Of a stretch of DNA of 64,000 nucleotides, positions 45,775 through 55,034 are shown piece by piece. This DNA is from an uncultured Desulfurococcales archaeon. GTDB lineage: Archaea > Thermoproteota > Thermoprotei_A > Sulfolobales > CAZFJX01. The translations under genes and the position numbers were made by a program. Where the stretch lies: positions 20,743 through 84,742 of the forward strand of contig CAZFJX010000005.1 in the NCBI GenBank assembly GCA_964519505.1, in the 5' to 3' direction. Under the pieces are notes generated by a model. That model saw nothing but the letters and a program-made list of their open reading frames with translations. It did not search any database and was not told where the DNA came from. Position 1 is the first letter of the stretch; each line of letters starts with the position of its first letter.

Positions 45775-46959
45775 TTGTGGTGTATATATATGAGAAAGGT
45801 ACTTCCCGCGTTAGTACTGTCCCTCCTCCTTTTGATGGCCTTAGCTACGGGCTTAATAACACCCGTAAAAGCTGAGAAGCCACTGGTTGTCGTTATAGCT
45901 CATGGAGCTCTCGAAGAGGATGTTCAGCTACAGTACATGAAGGGTAATATAACTGAGGTTGATTGGAAGGTAATTACTGAGGAAGTAACCTACGACGAAA
46001 TTAAGGATGCTGACATGATTATCTATGTACAGGTAGATATTGACCTAAACATAACTGATGATGAGGTAGCAGCCATTAAGAGATGGTTCGATCAGGGCGG
46101 TAAGACACTATGGGTTACTGGTGATAGCGACTATAAGGGCGGCGACTTCAAGAGGATACCAAATACTAACAAGATACTTAAGGCTGTAGGCTCGATTCTA
46201 AGGAACGACCATGCAGAAGCTGTTGACAGGGAGAGCAATTGTGGAGCTGCATACAGAGTTGCAGCCATAATAGCTCCTGACAAAGGTCTAGAGTTCCTTG
46301 CCGCTGGTGTTGAGCGCCCAGTATTATTCCACGGTCCTGGCGTTGTTGCTGTAGAGATTAATGGTGAGTGGAAGCCATTCTATGGTAAGGGTGATAAGCC
46401 GGCACCAAACGTCTATAGGCTAGCAATAACTTCTGATAAGGGCGCTATCGCAGAGTTCGTTAAGCCACTACCAGCAGCTTACACAATAGGTGAGGAAGGT
46501 AGCTTCACATTAATGGCCGTTGAGTTCATGCCTAATGACAACATAGTTATCCTAAGTGTTGAGGCACCATTCGATCACTACCACGGTATGTGGGAGACCG
46601 TATATAAGGATGTACCATTAGATGGACCTAAATTCGTTAAGAACGTAGTTCTATGGGCGGTTGGGCTCTATGGACCTAGGATACCATTCGTAACAGTAAC
46701 ACAGACAGTTACGGAGACCGTAACTGAGACAGTAACACAGACCCAAGTACAGACAGTTACGGAGACAGCAACAATTACTGAGACTTCAACAATAACCACA
46801 ACAGAGACCTCAACGGTCACATCAACAGTAACTACAACACAAGTATCAACAACCACAACAACAGTAACAGCACCAGACTACACAGCTGCCGCAGGCATAG
46901 GCATAGTACTACTAATCATAGGTATAATAATAGGGTACTTCGTAGGTAAGAGAAAGTAA
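45775..46959 (+). CDS. Surface protein: signal peptide, unknown globular domain, Thr/Val/Glu/Gln-rich stalk, C-terminal TM
   Basis: 394 aa. Likely start MRKVLPALVL (45790). Stalk TVTQTVTETVTETVTQTQVQTVTETATITETSTITTTETSTVTSTVTTTQVSTTTTTVT; anchor GIGIVLLIIGIIIGYFV. Confidence 0.6.
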   Translation: MWCIYMRKVLPALVLSLLLLMALATGLITPVKAEKPLVVVIAHGALEEDVQLQYMKGNITEVDWKVITEEVTYDEIKDADMIIYVQVDIDLNITDDEVAAIKRWFDQGGKTLWVTGDSDYKGGDFKRIPNTNKILKAVGSILRNDHAEAVDRESNCGAAYRVAAIIAPDKGLEFLAAGVERPVLFHGPGVVAVEINGEWKPFYGKGDKPAPNVYRLAITSDKGAIAEFVKPLPAAYTIGEEGSFTLMAVEFMPNDNIVILSVEAPFDHYHGMWETVYKDVPLDGPKFVKNVVLWAVGLYGPRIPFVTVTQTVTETVTETVTQTQVQTVTETATITETSTITTTETSTVTSTVTTTQVSTTTTTVTAPDYTAAAGIGIVLLIIGIIIGYFVGKRK

Positions 46960-47138
46960 CAAAGTAAAATAAAACAATATTATTTTTATTAGGAATTATC
47001 TTCTTACATCTCTCAAAACGGTCACTCTACACACTTAGATATAATTAATATTGTAATTAAATCATATTTTATTTACCTACATGTTAATGGGTAAATATTT
47101 TTAAGTGGGTTCGTGTATGTTATTTGTAAATAGTTCTG

Positions 47139-47990
47139 GTGTTTACCGTGCTGCAAGGAATAAAATCTATTGCCGTCATTGGTGCTGGTAAAATAGGTTC
47201 TGCCATGATTAGAGCTATAAGGAGCTGCTTTAGTGATATTACTGTTTACGCTACGGGGCGTAGGGATGAGACATTAAAGTCTGCTGCCGCGTTAGGAGCT
47301 ATAGCTTTAAGGGATAATAGGAAGGCAGTTAGCTCAGCTGACCTAGTCATACTTAGTGTTAAGCCCCACCACTTCCCTCAAGTAGTTAATCAGGCAGGGC
47401 GTGACGTTTGGGAAGGTAAGATAGTTGTTTCTGTTATGGCTGGTATTAGGTTAAAGACCTTGAGGGATGCCCTTAAGGGTGCTAAAGTGTTTAGGGCTAT
47501 GCCCAACATTAATGCGTTAGTAAGGCACTCAACTACGGCTATAGCGATTGTTGAGGACGCTGACGATAGGGAGAAGAGCGTCGTTGACTCACTCTTTAAG
47601 TGCTTAGGGACTGTGTATTGGGTTCCTGAGGAGTTCCTAGATGTCTGGACAGGACTTATAGGTAGCGGGCCCGCGTTCCTTGCTGAGATTATAGATGCTT
47701 TAGTACTTGGTGCAGTCGCTTCAGGTATGTATAGGGAGTTGGCTTATAACGCTATACTAGACGTTCTTGAAGGTACCGCTATACTACTTAAGAATAGAAC
47801 TATACACCCTGCGGAAATGCGTGATGAAGTCACGACACCTGCAGGAACCACTATTAGGGGCCTCATGGTTCTCGAGTCTGAGGGTGTTAAGGCTGCGTTA
47901 ATGAAGACTGTTGAGGCAGCATCAAAAAGATCTAGTGAGATAGGTTCAGAGATTGATAGGGCTATAAGGAGGGCATTAGGCCTTGACTAA
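47139..47990 (+). CDS. proC: Pyrroline-5-carboxylate reductase
   Basis: 283 aa, GTG start. IAVIGAGKIGSAM, LSVKPHHFPQV, RAMPNINALV, TTPAGTTIRGL. Confidence 0.85.
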   Translation: MFTVLQGIKSIAVIGAGKIGSAMIRAIRSCFSDITVYATGRRDETLKSAAALGAIALRDNRKAVSSADLVILSVKPHHFPQVVNQAGRDVWEGKIVVSVMAGIRLKTLRDALKGAKVFRAMPNINALVRHSTTAIAIVEDADDREKSVVDSLFKCLGTVYWVPEEFLDVWTGLIGSGPAFLAEIIDALVLGAVASGMYRELAYNAILDVLEGTAILLKNRTIHPAEMRDEVTTPAGTTIRGLMVLESEGVKAALMKTVEAASKRSSEIGSEIDRAIRRALGLD

Positions 47991-47992
47991 AC

Positions 47993-48592
47993 TTAAAGCC
48001 CTAATACATCATGTATTTCTTGAAGTGCCTTAAGGCTTATCTCAAAGAACCTCTCTAAAGTAAGCCCTAATTTCTCACAGTAACGTATCTTATCTCTTTT
48101 AACATTCCTAGCAAAGTCCTTTTGCTTGAATTTCTTCTTAAGTGACTTAACCTTAACCTCAGCTAACTTCTTATTAGGCATGACTAACGCTGTAGCTATG
48201 ATTAAGCCAGAAATTTGGTCTGCTGCCTTTAACGCGTAAGCAAGCCTACTCTCACTTACGTAGCCAGTAAGCTCGTTATGTGCCTTGATAGCATCAATAA
48301 CTTCATCAGGTACCTTACCCTTAATTATTTCGGGGGTTATGAGACCGTGCTTACTTAGGTCCTTACCGACGAGTTCGTAGTCAAGGTCATGAAGTAGCCC
48401 AGTAAGCCCCCAAACCTCCTCATCCTCACCTAACTCCCTAGCTAAAGCCCTCATAATAGCTTCAACAGCAAGTACATGCTTAACCATCTTATCATTCTTT
48501 AAATACTTCTTAACTAACTCAAGAGCCTCTTCCCTACTAATCAAGCTAAACACCAAAACAAATACGTAAACTAAGAATAAATCCCTAACCAC
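47993..48592 (-). CDS. HD-domain metal-dependent phosphohydrolase (COG2316-like)
   Basis: 199 aa. KHVLAVEAIMRALA...GLLHDLDYE...AIKAHN. Confidence 0.75.
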   Translation of the reverse strand: MVRDLFLVYVFVLVFSLISREEALELVKKYLKNDKMVKHVLAVEAIMRALARELGEDEEVWGLTGLLHDLDYELVGKDLSKHGLITPEIIKGKVPDEVIDAIKAHNELTGYVSESRLAYALKAADQISGLIIATALVMPNKKLAEVKVKSLKKKFKQKDFARNVKRDKIRYCEKLGLTLERFFEISLKALQEIHDVLGL

Positions 48593-48725
48593 ATGAACTC
48601 ACAGAAGTAATTGAGGACGTAACCCATCACATAAACAAAGCATTACATCACTAAGGATGATCTCTTCAAGAGCGTTTAACAAACCATATTTAGTTATTGA
48701 GTTGAAGTAATTAAAGGTAGTACCT

Positions 48726-49226
48726 ATGAAGTGGGTTACTAGGGCATTCCCACACGTAGATAGGACAGCTTCTGCCTAGCTAATTAAGAGGTTTGCAGAC
48801 CCTAATGCAGAGTACGTCTTCATTAACTGGCCTGAAGATGAGCTTAAGCCCGAGCACGGCATACCGTTCGATATTAAGGGCGTCGAGTTAGGTCATAAGG
48901 ACAATAAGTGTACCTTCGAGGTTATTGTAGAGAAGTACTCGATTAAGGACCCTTACGTACTTAAGATAGCTGAAATAGTTCATGCCGCAGATATTGAGGG
49001 CGAGATAGATAAGGTGCTTGAAGCTAGGGGTATTAAGGCAGTGTTTAACGGCTTAAGATTCATAACGAAGGACGATTACGAGACTCTAGAGTTAGGTATG
49101 AAGATTTAGGACACCATATACGCAAGCCTAAAACTCAAGGATATTCAGGAGAGGTATAAGGATGTGCTTAAGTCAATGACTAGAACAGAGAGGCTGAGAT
49201 TTCTGAAGAAGGTTTTGAGGGAGTGA
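48726..49226 (+). pseudogene. ChrB C-terminal-domain-like (chromate-resistance family) gene interrupted by two in-frame TAG codons
   Basis: My translation gives MKWVTRAFPHVDRTASA*LIKRFADPNAEYVFINWPEDELKPEHGIPFDIKGVELGHKDNKCTFEVIVEKYSIKDPYVLKIAEIVHAADIEGE...LELGMKI*DTIYASLKLKDIQERYKDVLKSMTRTERLRFLKKVLRE*. The TAG codons lie at 48777-48779 and 49107-49109, both in frame with ATG 48726. Confidence 0.6.
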
Positions 49227-49229
49227 GGT

Positions 49230-50086
49230 ATAGGTAAGGGTAAGTCAAGCATACTTACGTTACTCTCCATAGCTGGCTTCGTAGCTATACTGAGCTCAGC
49301 AGCATCTAAATCACCTACGCTACCCTCTTCGCTGAATACCTAGGTGCAGGCCCTGGAGAAATAGGGGGTTATTGCCGCAGCATCAACCATTGTAGGGATA
49401 GCGGTTAATATAACTGCAGGTACCCTATCAGATATTTATGGTAGAGGAAGCTACTACTTACATCGGGTTTCTTCTTCTCTACAGCACCATTCCTTTACTT
49501 ACTGGTTAACGAGCCATGGCAGTTAATTGCTATTAGGGTTTATCACGGAGTAGCAACAGCCATATTCACACCAGTAGCTATAGCCTCCATAGCTGATGTG
49601 TATAAGGAACATAGAGGGGAATTCATGGGTTACTTTTCGTCAGCCACATTAGTGGGTAGGTTAATAGCGCCACTCATGGCCGGATCATTAATAACTATAT
49701 ACTCATTCCGTGAGGCCTACATAGCCTGTGGGGTATTCGGTACTGCAGCATTAATAACTTTAATTAAGTTCCCAGAAACAAAAAGCAGTTACCATACTAG
49801 TAAGGAAGTTAGTATGAGAGTTTTGAAGGTACTAAGTAATCCAGGGATACTTGTTGCCAGCACAGTTATGGCACTCACATACTTCGCCATGCAGAGTATA
49901 GAGACTTTCTTACCGCTATATATGGAGACTATTAAGGATGTTGGTCAAGCCTCAGGACCTATAGTGATGGGATTACTAACAACCTACATAACCTATGGTG
50001 AGGCGTTCATGGTCATAGCAATCATTACTGCCGCAACTATAGCATTAAACATCGCACTACATATCAAGATGAGGCCCCAGACTTAA
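49230..50086 (+). pseudogene. MFS transporter pseudogene (start lost, at least 3 frameshifts, internal deletion)
   Basis: Stitching the frames gives (I)GKGKSSILTLLSIAGFVAILSSAASKSPTLP / LFAEYLGAGPGEIG / VIAAASTIVGIAVNITAGTLSDIYG / RKLLLTSGFFFSTAPFLYLLVNEPWQLIAIRVYHGVATAIFTPVAIASIADVYKEHRGEF... Frame changes occur near 49325, the G5 run at 49364-49368, and 49442. The first codon is ATA rather than ATG. Only the last 162 aa appear in the ORF track, and the total length is ~100 aa short of a 12-TM MFS. Confidence 0.65.
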
Positions 50087-50702
50087 TTAACTCAATACAT
50101 ACAAAACCTAAGTCAAGTCCTAAACACCAGTCTCTAGGTTCCTCGTCCTTAGGTTCCTCCCAGGGTTTAAAACTAAGCGTGCCTAAGGCTTTAACGTACT
50201 TAAAGCCCTCATTAGTGAATAGCTTAATGGCTTCATTAACAGTATAGAACCTAGCTATAGAGTAAAATGGCCCTCCCTTACGCATGTAGTACTTACCCCA
50301 CGAACTATCTCTAGGGACTATACATGCAATCACCTTACCGCCATGCCTAAGTACCCTCAAGACCTCAGAAATAGCCTTTATAGGCTCATCAAGAAAACAT
50401 AACGTAACCACCATAAGTACTGAAGAGACTGAGGAGTCCCTTAAAGGCAACCTGCACGCATCTCCATGAACAACCTCAATCCCCCTAGACCTAGCTATGC
50501 GTAAGGCATTAAGCGCTAAATCAACACCTAAATCAGCATCTAATAGCCTTGAGAAGAAGCCTGTACCAACCCCTACATCAAGTATAGGCTTAGTAAGCCT
50601 AAATGACTTAAGTACCTTAACCTCATTATGGGCTATCACAGGATTCCTAAAGTACCATGAATCATACCTCTCCGCATACTTATCAAATACCCTAAAACTC
50701 AT
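50064..50702 (-). CDS. Class I SAM-dependent methyltransferase (Methyltransf_11-like)
   Basis: 212 aa. ILDVGVGTGFFSRLL, ...HGDACRLPLRDSSVSSVLMV..., LRHGGKVI. Confidence 0.8.
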   Translation of the reverse strand: MSFRVFDKYAERYDSWYFRNPVIAHNEVKVLKSFRLTKPILDVGVGTGFFSRLLDADLGVDLALNALRIARSRGIEVVHGDACRLPLRDSSVSSVLMVVTLCFLDEPIKAISEVLRVLRHGGKVIACIVPRDSSWGKYYMRKGGPFYSIARFYTVNEAIKLFTNEGFKYVKALGTLSFKPWEEPKDEEPRDWCLGLDLGFVCIELIKSGASS

Positions 50703-51761
50703 ACCGCACTCATTAAATATTTATGTACGTTGAAGTTATTTACCTACATGACCGCGTTCTTACTAAATAAACGGATGTATGAAGCTTAATACTTACGCTT
50801 AGATAGATTAGTGCCTTACTAATTACGGACCTGATAAATAAGCAGGCATTCGTGAGGCTGAAGGAACTTAAGAAATCCGTCCCTTAGCTACTGAGCTAGA
50901 GAGGAGAATCATAGAGGGCGTCAAAGATCAAAGACCCTAGGCTACGAGAAGCATACTTAGTTGCTGTGAATTCATAACTATGAAGCCACGTGGCGTGAAG
51001 GAGTTAGGTGTAAATCAAGTATAGAGGTTAGGTATAGCGGCCGTAAGCTCTCCATAGATACCATTAAGAAATACCATTTGAGGTCATCTATGAGTTAGGT
51101 GAATATGAGTTAAGTAACATAGTTAATGCCTTTAAAGAAGTAAAATATAGTTGAAGGTGATGAGGAGGTAAAGGAACCACCTACTAAGGCCTTGAGAACA
51201 CATACGACCTTACCCAAGGTTACGGAATTATATAGGGTTAATACCGATAAAGAGGACTTACGACTATGCCATGGTCATTGAGTGTGACAGTAATGGATAG
51301 CTCTGGATGAGTAAGAGGAATATTCAGAAGGGCATACCATTTCCGTTACTTAGCTCCTTAACTATACTTAGGGCTTTCTTAGAGTGTTCCTTGAACTAAC
51401 TCACCGTAAATGCTTCTAAATTACGTAATAGAAAACTATGGTTTAGGCTTTAGGTTATCTACTAGGTTTATTTCTTCAGGGCAAACTGTTGAGTAAGCTT
51501 AGGGGTTGCTATAAAGATATGAAGACAATATTATTGGGTGTAACCTATAAGTAGAATTCAATATGTTCGTACTTAAGTAAGCATTTAGCCATAACCATCA
51601 CTATTACCGGATAGTGACCGGTCTTTATACAGCATGCTTAATGTCCCTAATGCATTTCCATATAGGATACCTACGGATACTTATCACCAACTTTAAGCAT
51701 TATTATAGTGATCGCCTTAAATCATATAAGGTTTTTACACAGTCAATCAAACTAACTAAGT

Positions 51762-53111
51762 TTAAGAACGCACCATTAACTTCGTGAGGATTTCTTTAAC
51801 CTTGACTATATCAATTAAATCTGATCCTTCAGTGATTGAGAGAGTGCCTTCAGGATCGAATACCGTGAGAACACCTATCCAGTCATGTACAGCGTCATCG
51901 GGTCCTCTATCATTTTCAGGTAAGTACTTAGTCCCCCAACCTACAGTTCCTGCAGGCCTCCACGAAAGATTATCTAGGTATACCATTAGGTCCGGTGGGT
52001 CTCCATGTACTTCAGGGTAAAGCTCGTATGGTGTATATACCTTATTATCCCATAACTCGCCGTTCGGTCCTCTAATTCTCTCTATATCCCTCTTTAATTG
52101 CTTAATTGTCTCCTCATAATACTTAGGTTCTATAATGCCTTGAGGTTCCCTACCCTTAAGGTTAATGAATACCCTTGAGTAATAACCGCCCCAAGCCCAA
52201 GCAATAGTATGTTGCCAGTCAATAATCCCTTTACTTAGGTCTTGACCGGGCTTCTTAGGCTTTTCCTTAAACTTAAGGTAGCCTTGCTCAGCTAGCCACT
52301 CATTCATTACGAAAGCACCCTTCATAGACTTAATACCGTGGTCTGAAGCAATGACAATAACTGTGTCCTTAGGTAATAACTTCTTAACCTCGGCAAACCA
52401 ATTATCAATTAACCTATAGTACTTAGGTATAACCTCACTATACGCAGGGTGTTCAACATACCTTGGGTGTTCCCTATCGAAGAACTTCCAGAAGGCGTGG
52501 TGGGCCCTGTCAAGCCCTACCTCAACATAAATAAGTAAGTCCCAGACCTTTCTCTTTATTAAGTACTTAACTATTTTAAGGTGTTGCTCAGTCATCTTAA
52601 ATAATTCCTTAGCTACTTTATCCTTCTCATGGCTCCTATAAACAATATCAAATACGTAAGAACCAAATAAACTCTCTAACTCCCTCTTAAGCCATGGAGG
52701 CCACGTGTAAGGCTTTTCAGGCCCTGGGGTTGTGAAGTCTGTTATTAGGAAGCCATTAACGGGTTTTGGTGGGTATGTTGGTGGTACCCCAATAACACCT
52801 ACCTTAAGTCCCTTCCTACTTAACTCCTCCCATAGCGTTGGGTACTTAACATGTCTTGAGTTAATTATGTAGCTTTCTCTAACATCGCCAGGTTTTCTAT
52901 GCCTAAACCCATAGATACCTAATTCACCCGGTGTCTTACCCGTAAACATACAGAGCCATGCAGGTATAGTTATTGGGGGATGACAACTCCTTAGTAAGTA
53001 CTTAGCCCCATCATCAACAACCTCTTTAAGAGCACCCAACTCAACACCGTAACCTTCATAAAGAATTCTAGGGGGCGCTGAATCAAGACCCAGAATAAAT
53101 AGTTTCCTCAC
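51762..53111 (-). CDS. Alkaline-phosphatase superfamily protein (type I phosphodiesterase/nucleotide pyrophosphatase-like)
   Basis: 449 aa. MRKLFILGLDSAPP..., ...PPITIPAWLCMFTGKTPGELG..., VIASDHG. Confidence 0.8.
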   Translation of the reverse strand: MRKLFILGLDSAPPRILYEGYGVELGALKEVVDDGAKYLLRSCHPPITIPAWLCMFTGKTPGELGIYGFRHRKPGDVRESYIINSRHVKYPTLWEELSRKGLKVGVIGVPPTYPPKPVNGFLITDFTTPGPEKPYTWPPWLKRELESLFGSYVFDIVYRSHEKDKVAKELFKMTEQHLKIVKYLIKRKVWDLLIYVEVGLDRAHHAFWKFFDREHPRYVEHPAYSEVIPKYYRLIDNWFAEVKKLLPKDTVIVIASDHGIKSMKGAFVMNEWLAEQGYLKFKEKPKKPGQDLSKGIIDWQHTIAWAWGGYYSRVFINLKGREPQGIIEPKYYEETIKQLKRDIERIRGPNGELWDNKVYTPYELYPEVHGDPPDLMVYLDNLSWRPAGTVGWGTKYLPENDRGPDDAVHDWIGVLTVFDPEGTLSITEGSDLIDIVKVKEILTKLMVRS

Positions 53112-53236
53112 ATTAGCACCTATACCTTAGTAACGTACACTCATTAAAAACCTAATGCACTTAAAAATACAAGGCTTAAATAACTTAAAACGTTGTAAGA
53201 AATTTGTGGTATTAATGTAGGGCTTAAACGATAAGA

Positions 53237-53683
53237 ATGCTAATAATGTTTTTAAGTGTTGATGAAAGATACTTCCATGGCTGTTTACATATGGTTAAAC
53301 TTGAGGAGTATGAGCTCCTTCTTAGGAGGTCAAGAATGTTTTACGAAACAGCCCTTATGCAGATTGATAGGGGTTTCTATGACTTGGCAGTCTTCAGCTT
53401 TGAGCAATCACTACAACTATTTCTTAAAGCAGTACTCCTAAAGTTAGGTGTTGATTTCCCAAGAACACATAGTATAAGGAAGTTATTAGAGCTTATATAT
53501 AAGATCTCTAAGAATGAGAAGATAGCTAAATTATTAAAGAGGTACAGTTTGGAACTTGGGTTTCTCGAGGATGCGTACATAACTTCTAGATATGTAATGA
53601 GAGTCTATAACGAGGATGAAGTTAGGAGAGTTAAGGAAGTTATTGATGAGGTGATTAAAGTTGTCAGAGAGGTTGTTAGTTGA
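53237..53683 (+). CDS. HEPN domain protein, pair 4
   Basis: 148-aa ORF with a likely start at MVKLEEYELL (~53290). YDLAVFSFEQSLQLFLKAVLLKLGVDFPRTHSIRKLL...EDAYITSRY. Confidence 0.85.
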   Translation: MLIMFLSVDERYFHGCLHMVKLEEYELLLRRSRMFYETALMQIDRGFYDLAVFSFEQSLQLFLKAVLLKLGVDFPRTHSIRKLLELIYKISKNEKIAKLLKRYSLELGFLEDAYITSRYVMRVYNEDEVRRVKEVIDEVIKVVREVVS

Positions 53684-53981
53684 GGAGGCTGAAAGAAGGG
53701 CTAAGATCTTTAGGAATTTATGGAGTTATCTTAAGCTAATAGCTAAGATTGTTAAGGAGTTAGATAGGGATGCTGAGGTATATTTATTTGGTAGTGTTGC
53801 TGAAGGGAGGTACTTACTATCTAGTGATATAGACGTACTAGTGGTTACGGTAAGAAAACCTGAAGAAGTAATTAGTAGGCTATGGGAAGTAGGCATAGGA
53901 GATCCCTTCGAAATACACGTAATCACTAAAGAATACTTAGAGATATATAAAAGAAGGAGTAAGTTAGTACAAGTGACTTAA
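53661..53981 (+). CDS. Minimal nucleotidyltransferase (MNT), pair 4
   Basis: 106 aa, TTG start. GSVAEGRYLLSSDIDVLVVT. Overlaps the HEPN gene by 23 nt. Confidence 0.85.
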   Translation: MSERLLVEEAERRAKIFRNLWSYLKLIAKIVKELDRDAEVYLFGSVAEGRYLLSSDIDVLVVTVRKPEEVISRLWEVGIGDPFEIHVITKEYLEIYKRRSKLVQVT

Positions 53982-53996
53982 CTTAATTTCAGTTAT

Positions 53997-55034
53997 TTAC
54001 TCTAAGTAGAGTTTGAGTGTGCGTAGTAGTGTGTCTAGTTCATCACAGCGGTTGTTGCGACATGTAATTACTAGGACTCTATCTTTACCCCCTACTTTTA
54101 ACCCTTTAGACTTAAGTCCTTGAAGTACATGCCTCAGTATGTATTTATGGCTCCTTACGTAGATATAGCTCATGCCTAACTTCCTGACTTCGTGACATAA
54201 AACAATAACTTTATCTTTAAACTTACGTGCTAACTCACGACCTATACATGAAGTTATGTAGCTATCGCTATTAACCCTAAATAGCTTAATAACCCTATCA
54301 ACGTCTGTTACTTCAGCGTTATTTAATGCCTTAGCTATCTCCTCCCTTAACCTTAAGTACTTACCCAATAACCTTCTGCTTCTTAAGACCTCCCTCACGG
54401 ACTTGGATGTGAGTACCTCTCTAGCATAATCAATGCATTTATAGTCAATTAGCCTATAGCAGGTATCTATGATCCCTGAAGCCTTAATTAAGTCATTAAT
54501 AGTTAACCCGTATTTACTACAGACATCATTAACCCATGAAGAAATCTCATAAGACCTGATGAACCTACCTACATCACCAATAACACCTAACGCGACTAAA
54601 TCCTCATGCCCTGAGACATCAAGTATTTCCTTCAGCACCCACGTAGTTGATGGGTAATCATCCTCAGGGCAACCTAAAGCAATAGGATTACAGAATAACC
54701 TTCCTAAAGCCTCATTAACATGGTGGTCAATGACAGCAACCTCAGAATCCACCATTCTCCTAAGCCTAATTACTTCGTCTGGAGGTAATCCATAGTCGAG
54801 TAAAATAATTATAGTGTTCTTGGAAGGCGCTAAATTACCTAGGTCTATGGCGTTAGCACTATAAAGACCTATCTTAGGGACTAAGAATGAGAGTTCGCGA
54901 TCATTAAATATGCGTGATAATAAAGCTGCTGAAGAGATTCCATCACTATCCCAATGGTGAACGATAACAATGTGCTTGCACTTACTTAACTTACTGATTA
55001 GCTCCCTACAGCTACTCAACAAATGGGTTCTCAA
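53997..55034 (-). CDS. DHH-family phosphoesterase (NrnA-like; candidate pAp phosphatase)
   Basis: 345 aa. DHH motifs IVIVHHWDSDGISSAALL, LLDYG, VIDHH, GDVG. Its start overlaps the sat stop by 23 nt. Confidence 0.75.
   Translation of the reverse strand: MRTHLLSSCRELISKLSKCKHIVIVHHWDSDGISSAALLSRIFNDRELSFLVPKIGLYSANAIDLGNLAPSKNTIIILLDYGLPPDEVIRLRRMVDSEVAVIDHHVNEALGRLFCNPIALGCPEDDYPSTTWVLKEILDVSGHEDLVALGVIGDVGRFIRSYEISSWVNDVCSKYGLTINDLIKASGIIDTCYRLIDYKCIDYAREVLTSKSVREVLRSRRLLGKYLRLREEIAKALNNAEVTDVDRVIKLFRVNSDSYITSCIGRELARKFKDKVIVLCHEVRKLGMSYIYVRSHKYILRHVLQGLKSKGLKVGGKDRVLVITCRNNRCDELDTLLRTLKLYLE

Noticed and set aside
48777-49109. The two in-frame TAG codons of the ChrB-like gene as programmed recoding (pyrrolysine or readthrough).
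   Set aside because: No pyl genes or PYLIS-like context are seen, and Pyl is not known in this lineage. The adjacent gene is clearly decaying. Simple nonsense mutation (or sequencing error) is the most economical explanation.
51165-51171. A canonical GUGAUGA C-box inside the 1.06-kb ORF-free region.
   Set aside because: No CUGA lies at the expected ~12-nt distance, and no C'/D pair or terminal stem is present.
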